Position numbers and translations under genes: made by a program. From positions 1-32,524 of the forward strand of contig JAYZHZ010000118.1 of NCBI GenBank assembly GCA_036166035.1: a DNA stretch of 32,524 nucleotides. The letters run 5' to 3'. Below, in pieces: positions 19,524 through 27,908 of this stretch. This stretch comes from Bacteroidota bacterium (GTDB lineage: Bacteria > Bacteroidota > Bacteroidia > Cytophagales > MED-G16). Below the pieces are notes generated by a model. The model had not been told where the DNA came from. It saw only the letters and a list, made by a program, of their open reading frames with translations, and made no database searches. The number at the start of each line of letters is the position of its first letter. The first letter of the stretch is position 1.

Positions 19524-21218
19524 TTAGTGACCAGAATTTTGCACTAAAACTCCTCCACTACCATCTATTGCAACAATAGGTATAGGGAATAGATTATGCT
19601 TATCCTGATAAGATTGACCTCTTGCAAAAGAAGTTATAACTTCAGATTCTTTAGCAAAATAAGTATTCATAACACTTTTTGCATTGCCCCATCTCCTTAA
19701 GTCAAAGAGACGATGACCTTCCATAGCTAATTCCAATCTTCTTTCAAATCTTACAGCTTTCCTAGCATAATCTGCACTAGGAAAAGAAGTATAAGGTTCG
19801 ATTACATAAGTAGGTCCTGAATCAGGTGCAGTCATATTCTTAGCTCTGTTTCTAACTTGATTAACATAGTCCAAAGCTTTTGATAAGTTACCTGTTTCAA
19901 CAGCTGCCTCAGCAGCCATCAAAAGAACATCAGAGTATCGCATGAAATGATAGTTGATACCCGATCTTTGTTCTCCCCATCCTCCAGTACCTCTGTTGGC
20001 ATCATCACCATTCCAGTAATGATTTTTCTTAGGAAGATAAGGTCCTGATATATCATCAAAACTTGCTCTAATCCAATCTTTACCTACCATAGGTCCATAT
20101 CCATTATAATCAATTCCTCTCCTTCCAACTGTATAATCAAGTCTAGGATCTAGATTACCAGTATGAGGAGTGAATGGATCACCTGAATTAACCTTATAGT
20201 CATTAGTAACATGAGAATTTTGATATGTATCTAATAATGGCAAGCCATTTGCGTCAGTCTGATATGCATCAACCAAATCTTGGGAAGGTTGGTAGAATCC
20301 ACAACAAGTTCCTAAAGGACCTCCTCCTGGAAAATTCAATGTACCACCTTTATTCCCCTGATTAGAAACACCTCCATCAGATGCAAACTGAATTGCAAAA
20401 ACTGATTCTGAACTGTTCTCACCAGTTGATTTAAAGTTTTCAACATATTCTGAATTCAAAGCATATGCTCCTGAACCTATAACTGCATCTAGTGCAGCTA
20501 ATGCTTCACTCCATTTACCTTGGTGTAGATAAACCTTACCTAAAAATGCTCTTGCAGCATGCGATAAAGGTCTACCCGCTTCAGAATAAGAACCAGATCT
20601 AGAACCCGGCAAGTTAGTAGCAGCATACGTGTAGTCTGCTTCAATATCTGCCCATGTTAGAAGCGTTTCTCCAGCATTTGGTAGATTATATTCAAGAGCA
20701 GCAGCAGACTCTGGAGTTATATCTGGAACATTTCCAAATTTTAACTTGAGTTGCATGTTAAAGTGTGCTCTTAAGAACATAGCCTGAGCCATTTGAACTG
20801 AATAATCTGCAGGATTATCACTTCCATTTATTAGATTAATAACAGAATTAGCTCTATTTACTCCAGAAAAAGGAGCTTTCCAAAGACCTAACCAGTAACC
20901 ATTACCAGTTGCCCAGTTATATACCTCTATATCGTAAAGGTCTGCCTGATCACCGTCAGTACTACCCTTATGAGCGTCATCTGCAATGACATCCATCCAC
21001 CAGTTATCACCACTACTTGTCCATCCTCCTTGAGTATTTGTTTGTCCATCAAGAACCGAATAAACACCAGTTAGTAGCAAATCTATACCAGTAGCGTTTG
21101 CTAAGTTATCATCACTTAATGCTCCATATGCTGGAACTTCAGTAAATGATTCATTACAAGCATTAGTAACAAATAAAACTAATGAAATACTTAAAATAAA
21201 TGTTTTAAAATTTTTCAT
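19524..21218 (-). CDS. SusD/RagB family outer-membrane substrate-binding lipoprotein (pair B)
   Basis: Lipobox TNAC. Motifs AQAMFLRAHF..FGNVP, ESVFAIQF, DPRLDYT, MRYSDVLLMAAEA, VNQVRNRA, VRFERRLELAMEGHRLFDLRRWG and FPIP..QN. Confidence 0.95.
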   Translation of the reverse strand: MKNFKTFILSISLVLFVTNACNESFTEVPAYGALSDDNLANATGIDLLLTGVYSVLDGQTNTQGGWTSSGDNWWMDVIADDAHKGSTDGDQADLYDIEVYNWATGNGYWLGLWKAPFSGVNRANSVINLINGSDNPADYSVQMAQAMFLRAHFNMQLKLKFGNVPDITPESAAALEYNLPNAGETLLTWADIEADYTYAATNLPGSRSGSYSEAGRPLSHAARAFLGKVYLHQGKWSEALAALDAVIGSGAYALNSEYVENFKSTGENSSESVFAIQFASDGGVSNQGNKGGTLNFPGGGPLGTCCGFYQPSQDLVDAYQTDANGLPLLDTYQNSHVTNDYKVNSGDPFTPHTGNLDPRLDYTVGRRGIDYNGYGPMVGKDWIRASFDDISGPYLPKKNHYWNGDDANRGTGGWGEQRSGINYHFMRYSDVLLMAAEAAVETGNLSKALDYVNQVRNRAKNMTAPDSGPTYVIEPYTSFPSADYARKAVRFERRLELAMEGHRLFDLRRWGNAKSVMNTYFAKESEVITSFARGQSYQDKHNLFPIPIVAIDGSGGVLVQNSGH

Positions 21219-21230
21219 ATTTCTTATTTT

Positions 21231-24200
21231 TTAAAATGTAACATTTAATCCTAAAGTAGTAACAACTGCTTGAGGATATTCTCCCGAATCAACACCTAAA
21301 TTAAGTGGCGAACCACCCACTTCAGGATCCATTCCTGAGTAACCGCTTAAGGTAAGTAGGTTATTTCCAGAGACATAAATTCTCGCATTTGAAATACCTA
21401 ATTTACTAGTAGCACTACTTGGAAGTGTATATCCAATCTGAATTGTTCTTAACTTAACGTAAGAAGCATCCTCAACAAACCATGAGTTAGGTTGAGTTTC
21501 AGCATTAGAAATAGTTTCACTCAATGCAGGCATATCTGTATCAGTATTTGATGAAGTCCATGAATCTAACACATCTGCATGCCTATTTCCATTAAAGAAA
21601 GTAGGGAAATGTGAATAAATTTTATTGTAATGGTATACATCATTACCGATAGAACCATTTAAGAATGCGTATAAGTCAAAGTTATTATAAGCTAAACTTA
21701 CACTAAAACCAAATGTGAAATCAGGATGAGGAGAACCAATCTCAGTTCTATCATCATCATTGATTGTACCATCGCCATTAACATCCTCGTATTCAAACCT
21801 TCCACTAGAATCAAGTCCTTTAACTTTACGTCCGTAAAAATAAGACATAGACTTTCCAGGACTAGTTCTTGTTATTGCTCCACCTCTATATCCTGTACTT
21901 CCTAAGAAGAAGTTACTAATAAGACTATCAACAGTATTATTGTATTTAGATAAATTAAATCCTATATCATAACTAAAATCACCTGAAGCATCAGCATAAT
22001 TCAATGCTAACTCAATACCAGAGTTTGTTACCTGCCCAATATTAACTAGAGGAGCAGAAGCATCAATTGCAGTAGTTCCAATAAGGTTGTTATCAACAGC
22101 AATTAAGTCATTGGTCTGAATGTTAAAATAATCTAAAGAACCATACAACTTATTATTTAGCAGTCTAAAATCAAGACCTAAATTTTGAGAAACTACAGTC
22201 TCCCATTTTAGATCAGGATTACCAACAGCAGATAATGCAGCACCTGTAGTTGCATTTGATCCATTAAATGGATAATATGCATTTGCCTCACTTAAACTTG
22301 AAACGTTTTGGTCAGGAGCAGTTCTTCCTAGTGATTGATTTCCTAGAGTACCATAAGAAACTCTCAATTTCATATAATTATCTGAATTAAAGAAATCTTC
22401 CTCACTAATAACCCATCCAAAACTTCCGGAAGGGAAAATTGCGTTCGCATTTGCCCTAGCAAATCTTGAAGTATTGTCTTGCCTTACTGTAGCAGTAACA
22501 AGATACTTATCCGAGTAAGCATAGTTTACAGTCAAGAATGCTGAATTAATTGTATAAGCATTTTGTGAAGCCCACTGAACAACTGGCGTACCAGCACCAT
22601 TACTCAGTAAATAGAAATTTGGATCTTCAAAAAGATACTCATTTCTAGAGACCTCATGACCTTTAAAATTTTTCTTTAAAGCCTCGTAACCTAACAATGC
22701 ATCAACACTATGTGAGCCAAAATCAGCTCTATAGTTAAGAGTGTTTGTTACGTTCCAGTTATACTCTCTGAAGCTTTGTTCATACAAAGTATTAACAGAC
22801 TTTGGTTCACTGTGTTCAGGATCTAGATAAGCAAACCTCCTATTATTAAGATCTCTCATCATACCTGCCGCAACAATTTTATAATCAAGTCCTTCTACAA
22901 TATTTATGTTTGCATAAACATCACCAAAAGCTCTAAAGGATCTATTATAATTATTTTCTGATCTCATAAGATTAGCGTACGGACTATTCATATTTCCAAG
23001 TCCCGCTGAAGCCTTATAAGTACCAGCATAATTACCATTATCGTCCAAAAGAGGAATAAGAGGACTAGATCTATATGCTCCTTGAACTTGATTCCCCTGA
23101 TTTTCTTGATCATAAGAAACGTTCAAATGTTCTCCAATTGTGATTCTATCATTCACTCTGAATTCACCATTCATCCTTGTTCTTCCAGTCTTATATCCAG
23201 TCATAATTTGAGCTCCTTGTCTGTCAAGATATTCCATCGACATTAAGAACTTGCTATCTGAACTACCACTAGAAACTGTTACCTTATATTGCTGTGCTAA
23301 ACCAGGATCAAAAATAGCATCCATCCAATCCGTTCCATTTGGATTTACAGTAGCCCCAACATCTATTCCCTGTAATTTACTAGGAATAACAGGACTTCCA
23401 CCAGAACCATATTGTGGATGATTTGGAGTTGCTCCATCATTTAACTTAGACTGCCAAATCATATCTCCATGCTGTTGAGCATTTAAAAGAGTTGGAAGAT
23501 TTGTAGCATAAGTTGACCCAACGTAAGTTTCAAAAGTGACTGTGTTTTTTTGACCATAACTACCATTCTTAGTAGTAATCACGATAACACCATTAGAAGC
23601 CCTTGCACCATAAATTGCTGCAGAACCATCTTTTAGAACATTAATTTGTTCTATATCGGAAGGACTTATACTTGATAAAACATACGGATCATCAGTTTGA
23701 ACACCATCAATTATATACAGTGGGTTATTATCATTTGGAGTAGCATAGCCTCTGATTCTAACAACTGGTGCTGAACCTGGTTGACCGTTTCCAATGACTG
23801 ATATACCAGTTACCCTACCTTGAAGTAATTCAGCTGAATTCACAACAGGAGTTTTAACTGCACTGCCAATGTCTACTGAAGAAATTGCTCCAGAAAGACT
23901 TTTTCTAGTTTGTGTTTGATAACCCGAAACAACAATTTCATCCAAAAATTCTGTGCTCTCAGATAAGGTAATAACTACTCTTGCCTGAGATCCAACTGAA
24001 ACTGTCTGTGTCTCATACCCAACAAAACTAACTTCTAACTGATCATCAGACGAAGCACTTATTGAAAAGTTTCCATCTATGTCAGTTACTGTACCATTTG
24101 TAGTACCTGCAACTATAACACTAGCTCCAGGTATAGGATTTCCACCTTCATCTTGAACTGTTCCACTAACATCTCTTTGAGAGAATGCAACCGAAACAAC

Positions 24201-24239
24201 AAGAAATAGGATGGAAAACAAAGTAATAAGTTTTTTCAT
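21231..24239 (-). CDS. SusC/RagA family TonB-dependent transporter (pair B)
   Basis: Start moved to ATG 24239 (MKKLITLFSILFLVVSVAFSQ is a clean signal peptide) instead of the track's 24284. Motifs LDEIVVSGYQ, NPLYIIDGV, DIEQINVLKDGSAAIYGARASNGVIVITTK, NPDLKWET and C-terminal LGLNVTF. Confidence 0.96.
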   Translation of the reverse strand: MKKLITLFSILFLVVSVAFSQRDVSGTVQDEGGNPIPGASVIVAGTTNGTVTDIDGNFSISASSDDQLEVSFVGYETQTVSVGSQARVVITLSESTEFLDEIVVSGYQTQTRKSLSGAISSVDIGSAVKTPVVNSAELLQGRVTGISVIGNGQPGSAPVVRIRGYATPNDNNPLYIIDGVQTDDPYVLSSISPSDIEQINVLKDGSAAIYGARASNGVIVITTKNGSYGQKNTVTFETYVGSTYATNLPTLLNAQQHGDMIWQSKLNDGATPNHPQYGSGGSPVIPSKLQGIDVGATVNPNGTDWMDAIFDPGLAQQYKVTVSSGSSDSKFLMSMEYLDRQGAQIMTGYKTGRTRMNGEFRVNDRITIGEHLNVSYDQENQGNQVQGAYRSSPLIPLLDDNGNYAGTYKASAGLGNMNSPYANLMRSENNYNRSFRAFGDVYANINIVEGLDYKIVAAGMMRDLNNRRFAYLDPEHSEPKSVNTLYEQSFREYNWNVTNTLNYRADFGSHSVDALLGYEALKKNFKGHEVSRNEYLFEDPNFYLLSNGAGTPVVQWASQNAYTINSAFLTVNYAYSDKYLVTATVRQDNTSRFARANANAIFPSGSFGWVISEEDFFNSDNYMKLRVSYGTLGNQSLGRTAPDQNVSSLSEANAYYPFNGSNATTGAALSAVGNPDLKWETVVSQNLGLDFRLLNNKLYGSLDYFNIQTNDLIAVDNNLIGTTAIDASAPLVNIGQVTNSGIELALNYADASGDFSYDIGFNLSKYNNTVDSLISNFFLGSTGYRGGAITRTSPGKSMSYFYGRKVKGLDSSGRFEYEDVNGDGTINDDDRTEIGSPHPDFTFGFSVSLAYNNFDLYAFLNGSIGNDVYHYNKIYSHFPTFFNGNRHADVLDSWTSSNTDTDMPALSETISNAETQPNSWFVEDASYVKLRTIQIGYTLPSSATSKLGISNARIYVSGNNLLTLSGYSGMDPEVGGSPLNLGVDSGEYPQAVVTTLGLNVTF

Positions 24240-24377
24240 TTTATACTTTAGTTTACTTAAAATAATGAGGAGAAACATGTCCATTCAGTACTCCCCTCAT
24301 ACTGATAAAGTATTTAAATAATACTTGCGGACCCCTAAATTTATAGAAATGTTAACAGAATGAAAAATGATTCCTAT

Positions 24378-27300
24378 TTAAAAATCAAACCTTACAATAC
24401 GCGTAGGTTTATTTGAACTATATACTTGGATGCTATCTATAGTTTCATTCAATAAGATTTTTCTTGAAGATTGAGATAAAAATGAGTTGCCATGGTAAAA
24501 TTCTTTTCTATACATTTTACCATTCTCATAAACATCAGCAATATTTTCATCCGGTTCTAACGCAACAGAAAACTTTTTATCATGATTAACTTTATAGGAT
24601 ATCAATTTGTCCTTATTCTGACCAACCAGTATTATATAGTTATCTTCAGATACCAATAATGCAGAAGATTTTGAGTCCCCAGGAACATAGAAACCAGAGT
24701 TATTAATTTCAATAGGTTTAAAAAATTCACTGTTTCCAAGAAGTACTAAGCCATTTAATGCATCATATCTTCCCATTCCTATCTCTGAACCATAATCATT
24801 GCCTACTAATGCAATATCATCAAAACCGTCACCATTAAAATCTTCAATTATTGATCCATATATTTTAGAGATCTGGGCTTCATCGGGTAAATCAATAATC
24901 TTAAATTTACCATCTCCAAGATTTTCAATATAAACGGAGGAAAAATAATTTACTTTAAATTTAGATACCTGAGAATTGTTTAGATTCATTTGTTGAATAA
25001 GTTGTTTAAAAGTGACCCTACCAAAATCTTCATGAAGAATATACTTTCCTCTTATATCTATAACTTCTTTCTGGAATTCATGTCTAGTAAAAAATGGATA
25101 CAGCTTATAATTACCTTTCTCATCTTTAAAATATGCTGAGGGAAAGAAATCTTTAAATTTATTACCATCAAAATCGGAAGAATAAACTAAGATTTCATTG
25201 CTTTCATAATTCAGCAAGGTATTTTTTCCAATATTTCCAACTATATAATCAATGTCTCCATCTTTATCAAAATCAGAACCATTAATACTATTCCAAAAAC
25301 CAAAATAATTTTCAATTCCATTTTTTTCAACCTCCTCAAATACATTACCATTATTCCTAAATATTCTTATTTGCATGTACTCTCCTACAACAATCAAATC
25401 TGATTTATTATCATTATCAAAATCAGTCCATATCGCATCAGAAACTAATCCTATAGAATTCAGCTGAGGAGCAACCTTATCATTAACTATTAAAAATTTA
25501 TTCTCACCTTTGTCCAATTGATTCTGAAGTATAAAACTGGTGGCCGGTGTTGGATAATCTTGAGGAACTAATCTACCACACACAAACAGATCTAAATCAC
25601 CATCATTATCATAGTCACTAGCTTTTACACATGATCCACTACTTAAAAAATTTGGAATTATGCCTTCCGATAAAACAAAATTACCACCATCATTTATAAA
25701 TAATTTATCGGTATATGAAATATGCATTGAATCAAATTCATTACCTCCACTTACAATGTATAAATCATTATCCGAGTCGTTATCAAAATCAAAGAGTAAT
25801 ACCCCCAATTCTTCTGAAGAAAATGTCAAATCTGAATCACTAAATAATTTCTGTTCATTGAATGATCCATCCTTTTCCTGAATAAAAAAGGTTCCCGAAT
25901 AATTTCGTGATCCACTAATGTAAAAATCATCTAGCTCATCTCCATTAATATCTTGAACTGAAATTCCTGGACCAAACTGAGATAGTTTATGATATAACAA
26001 AGGCTGGTAATTAAAATCTATAAAATCTAGTTCTTTATGATTATATGGAATATTGATTTCAGAAAACAACTTCAATGGTCTGTCATCAGTTTTAGATTTA
26101 TAATTTATATTCTCATCATATACTAATTCAATAGATGTATTTACCTGTAAAGAAAGGTGTTTATTTTTATGTCCATCAGGCCAGTGAATTATAAGGCTAT
26201 CTATAGATTTTGAGTCAGATAAACCAAAATGAATAATATTTTGCATAGAGGACAAATACCCTCTGAAAGGATTGTTTTCATAGAACTTGTATTTCCCTTC
26301 AGAAAATAATTCAACTGTTGCACCTATTGCATTTATATTATTCTCTTTTCCAACTAATTTTATTTTTATCCAATTATTCTCATTGAACTTCTCTGAATTA
26401 TTTTTAAAAACATTTGCTTCTCCATCAATATTATTTACTATATAATCCAAATCCCCATCATTATCTAAATCTCCATGAGCCGCACCATTTGAGAATGTAG
26501 GTTTAGTTATTCCCCATTTTTCAGTTACATCTTCAAACAACACAATTCCATTATCTTCAGAAATATTTCTAAAAGCATAATTTTTTAATTTGACTTCAGG
26601 AATAATCGATAGAAGCGTCTCTTTTTTAGTAAATCTTGCTATCTGAGTTTGGTAGTCAATAAAATCCCTATCCGTAATATCTTTTGGAAAACCATTTGTA
26701 ATTATTAAATCATTAAAACCGTCATTATCATAATCACCAACAATTGGAGCCCAGCTCCAATCCGTTCCACTCACTCCAGACATCATTGCTATCTCAGAGT
26801 ATATTGGTTTATCATTAACAAATCCTTGATTTTGTTGCAAGGTATTTCGAACAAATTGATAAGCATATTTGTATCTATCATTATTTATATATGTATTATA
26901 ATTATTCTCAGTAAGCATAGTTTTCCTCCTGAAATTATCATCCGGCATCATATCAAGTTCAATTACTTCATTTAATCCATCGTTATTAAAATCAATAATA
27001 TTATTACCCATTGATGAATAAGAAGTATGCTTAAAATATTCAGATGACTTATCCGTAAATGTTCCATCTTTATTATTTATCCACAAAAGATCGTTTGTTA
27101 AATAATCATTTGACACAAATATGTCTTTCCAACCATCTTGATTCAGATCAGATACACATACTCCCAAACCAAAACCTTCAATTAAAATGCCTGCCTCCTT
27201 AGTCACATCAGTAAAATATGGATGACCCAATTCTTTAATAAAATCATTTCTTAAAAGTTTATCATTCTTAGGAGATGTTCCATCCACAACTTTTTTTCTG

Positions 27301-27908
27301 TACTGATTAGGTTGTTTATACTTGTCCATTTCATTTATTAGAAGGTAAACATCTAAGTCTCCATCATTATCATAATCAAAAAAACTTGCGTTAATGTTAT
27401 GAGAGGAATCATCTAGCCCATATTCAACCGCCATTTCTTTAAAAACAGGAATTCCTTCACTATTAACCCCTAGATTAATATACAAAAGATTGGATCTTAA
27501 CTTTTCAGGATTATACGTTGAACATGATATGTATATATCTATCAATCCATCTTGATTTATATCAATTATTGAAACTCCTGATGACCATCTTCCATTTCCT
27601 CCAATATTTGCTATTTGAGATATTTCATTAAATTTCCAGTTTCCTTCATTTAAATACATTTTATTTCCTACCATATTTCCGGTAAAAAATATGTCCTGCT
27701 TTCCATCATTGTTAAAATCTGCAATAGCAGCACCTCCACCATTATAGAGATATTCATAATCAAGAATATTCATCGAATCATTTTCTGAAATTAAATTATT
27801 AAAATAAATCCCTGTATGTGATGATTCCATCTCTTCAAATAATGCTTTATCCGTACAACAGAAAAAGAGAATACTGATAAGTAAAAAATTTAATTTGTTA
27901 TAAATCAT
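24378..27908 (-). CDS. FG-GAP/VCBS-repeat + ASPIC/UnbV-domain lipoprotein, paralog 4 (with C-terminal extension)
   Basis: 1176 aa, lipobox LFFCC. Motifs YLYNGGG, SMGNN, DMMP, QFVRNTLQ, TDWSW and AIGATV..PFRGYLSS..IIHFGL..DSLIIHWPDG. The start overlaps the galE stop (ATGA). Confidence 0.88.
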   Translation of the reverse strand: MIYNKLNFLLISILFFCCTDKALFEEMESSHTGIYFNNLISENDSMNILDYEYLYNGGGAAIADFNNDGKQDIFFTGNMVGNKMYLNEGNWKFNEISQIANIGGNGRWSSGVSIIDINQDGLIDIYISCSTYNPEKLRSNLLYINLGVNSEGIPVFKEMAVEYGLDDSSHNINASFFDYDNDGDLDVYLLINEMDKYKQPNQYRKKVVDGTSPKNDKLLRNDFIKELGHPYFTDVTKEAGILIEGFGLGVCVSDLNQDGWKDIFVSNDYLTNDLLWINNKDGTFTDKSSEYFKHTSYSSMGNNIIDFNNDGLNEVIELDMMPDDNFRRKTMLTENNYNTYINNDRYKYAYQFVRNTLQQNQGFVNDKPIYSEIAMMSGVSGTDWSWAPIVGDYDNDGFNDLIITNGFPKDITDRDFIDYQTQIARFTKKETLLSIIPEVKLKNYAFRNISEDNGIVLFEDVTEKWGITKPTFSNGAAHGDLDNDGDLDYIVNNIDGEANVFKNNSEKFNENNWIKIKLVGKENNINAIGATVELFSEGKYKFYENNPFRGYLSSMQNIIHFGLSDSKSIDSLIIHWPDGHKNKHLSLQVNTSIELVYDENINYKSKTDDRPLKLFSEINIPYNHKELDFIDFNYQPLLYHKLSQFGPGISVQDINGDELDDFYISGSRNYSGTFFIQEKDGSFNEQKLFSDSDLTFSSEELGVLLFDFDNDSDNDLYIVSGGNEFDSMHISYTDKLFINDGGNFVLSEGIIPNFLSSGSCVKASDYDNDGDLDLFVCGRLVPQDYPTPATSFILQNQLDKGENKFLIVNDKVAPQLNSIGLVSDAIWTDFDNDNKSDLIVVGEYMQIRIFRNNGNVFEEVEKNGIENYFGFWNSINGSDFDKDGDIDYIVGNIGKNTLLNYESNEILVYSSDFDGNKFKDFFPSAYFKDEKGNYKLYPFFTRHEFQKEVIDIRGKYILHEDFGRVTFKQLIQQMNLNNSQVSKFKVNYFSSVYIENLGDGKFKIIDLPDEAQISKIYGSIIEDFNGDGFDDIALVGNDYGSEIGMGRYDALNGLVLLGNSEFFKPIEINNSGFYVPGDSKSSALLVSEDNYIILVGQNKDKLISYKVNHDKKFSVALEPDENIADVYENGKMYRKEFYHGNSFLSQSSRKILLNETIDSIQVYSSNKPTRIVRFDF

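Noticed and set aside
16260-21260. Identical C-termini (TLGLNVTF) of both SusC proteins as a sign of gene conversion or an invertible shufflon
   Set aside because: This is the conserved terminal beta-strand of SusC proteins. The DNA differs at synonymous sites and I saw no recombinase or flanking inverted repeats.
24240-24284. 15-aa N-terminal extension of SusC-B given by the ORF track
   Set aside because: ATG 24239 gives a canonical signal peptide with an A-rich upstream context. The longer start lies inside a predicted leader hairpin.
4163-27908. Recurring DNA words (ccaactccaatc, ccatcattatc, atcaaaaaaagcagcatgag) as possible CRISPR, DGR or recombination repeats
   Set aside because: They are short, irregularly spaced and coincide with conserved protein motifs (TDWSW, DNDG, THAAFFD) in paralogs. 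No spacers, cas genes, reverse transcriptase or recombinase are present.
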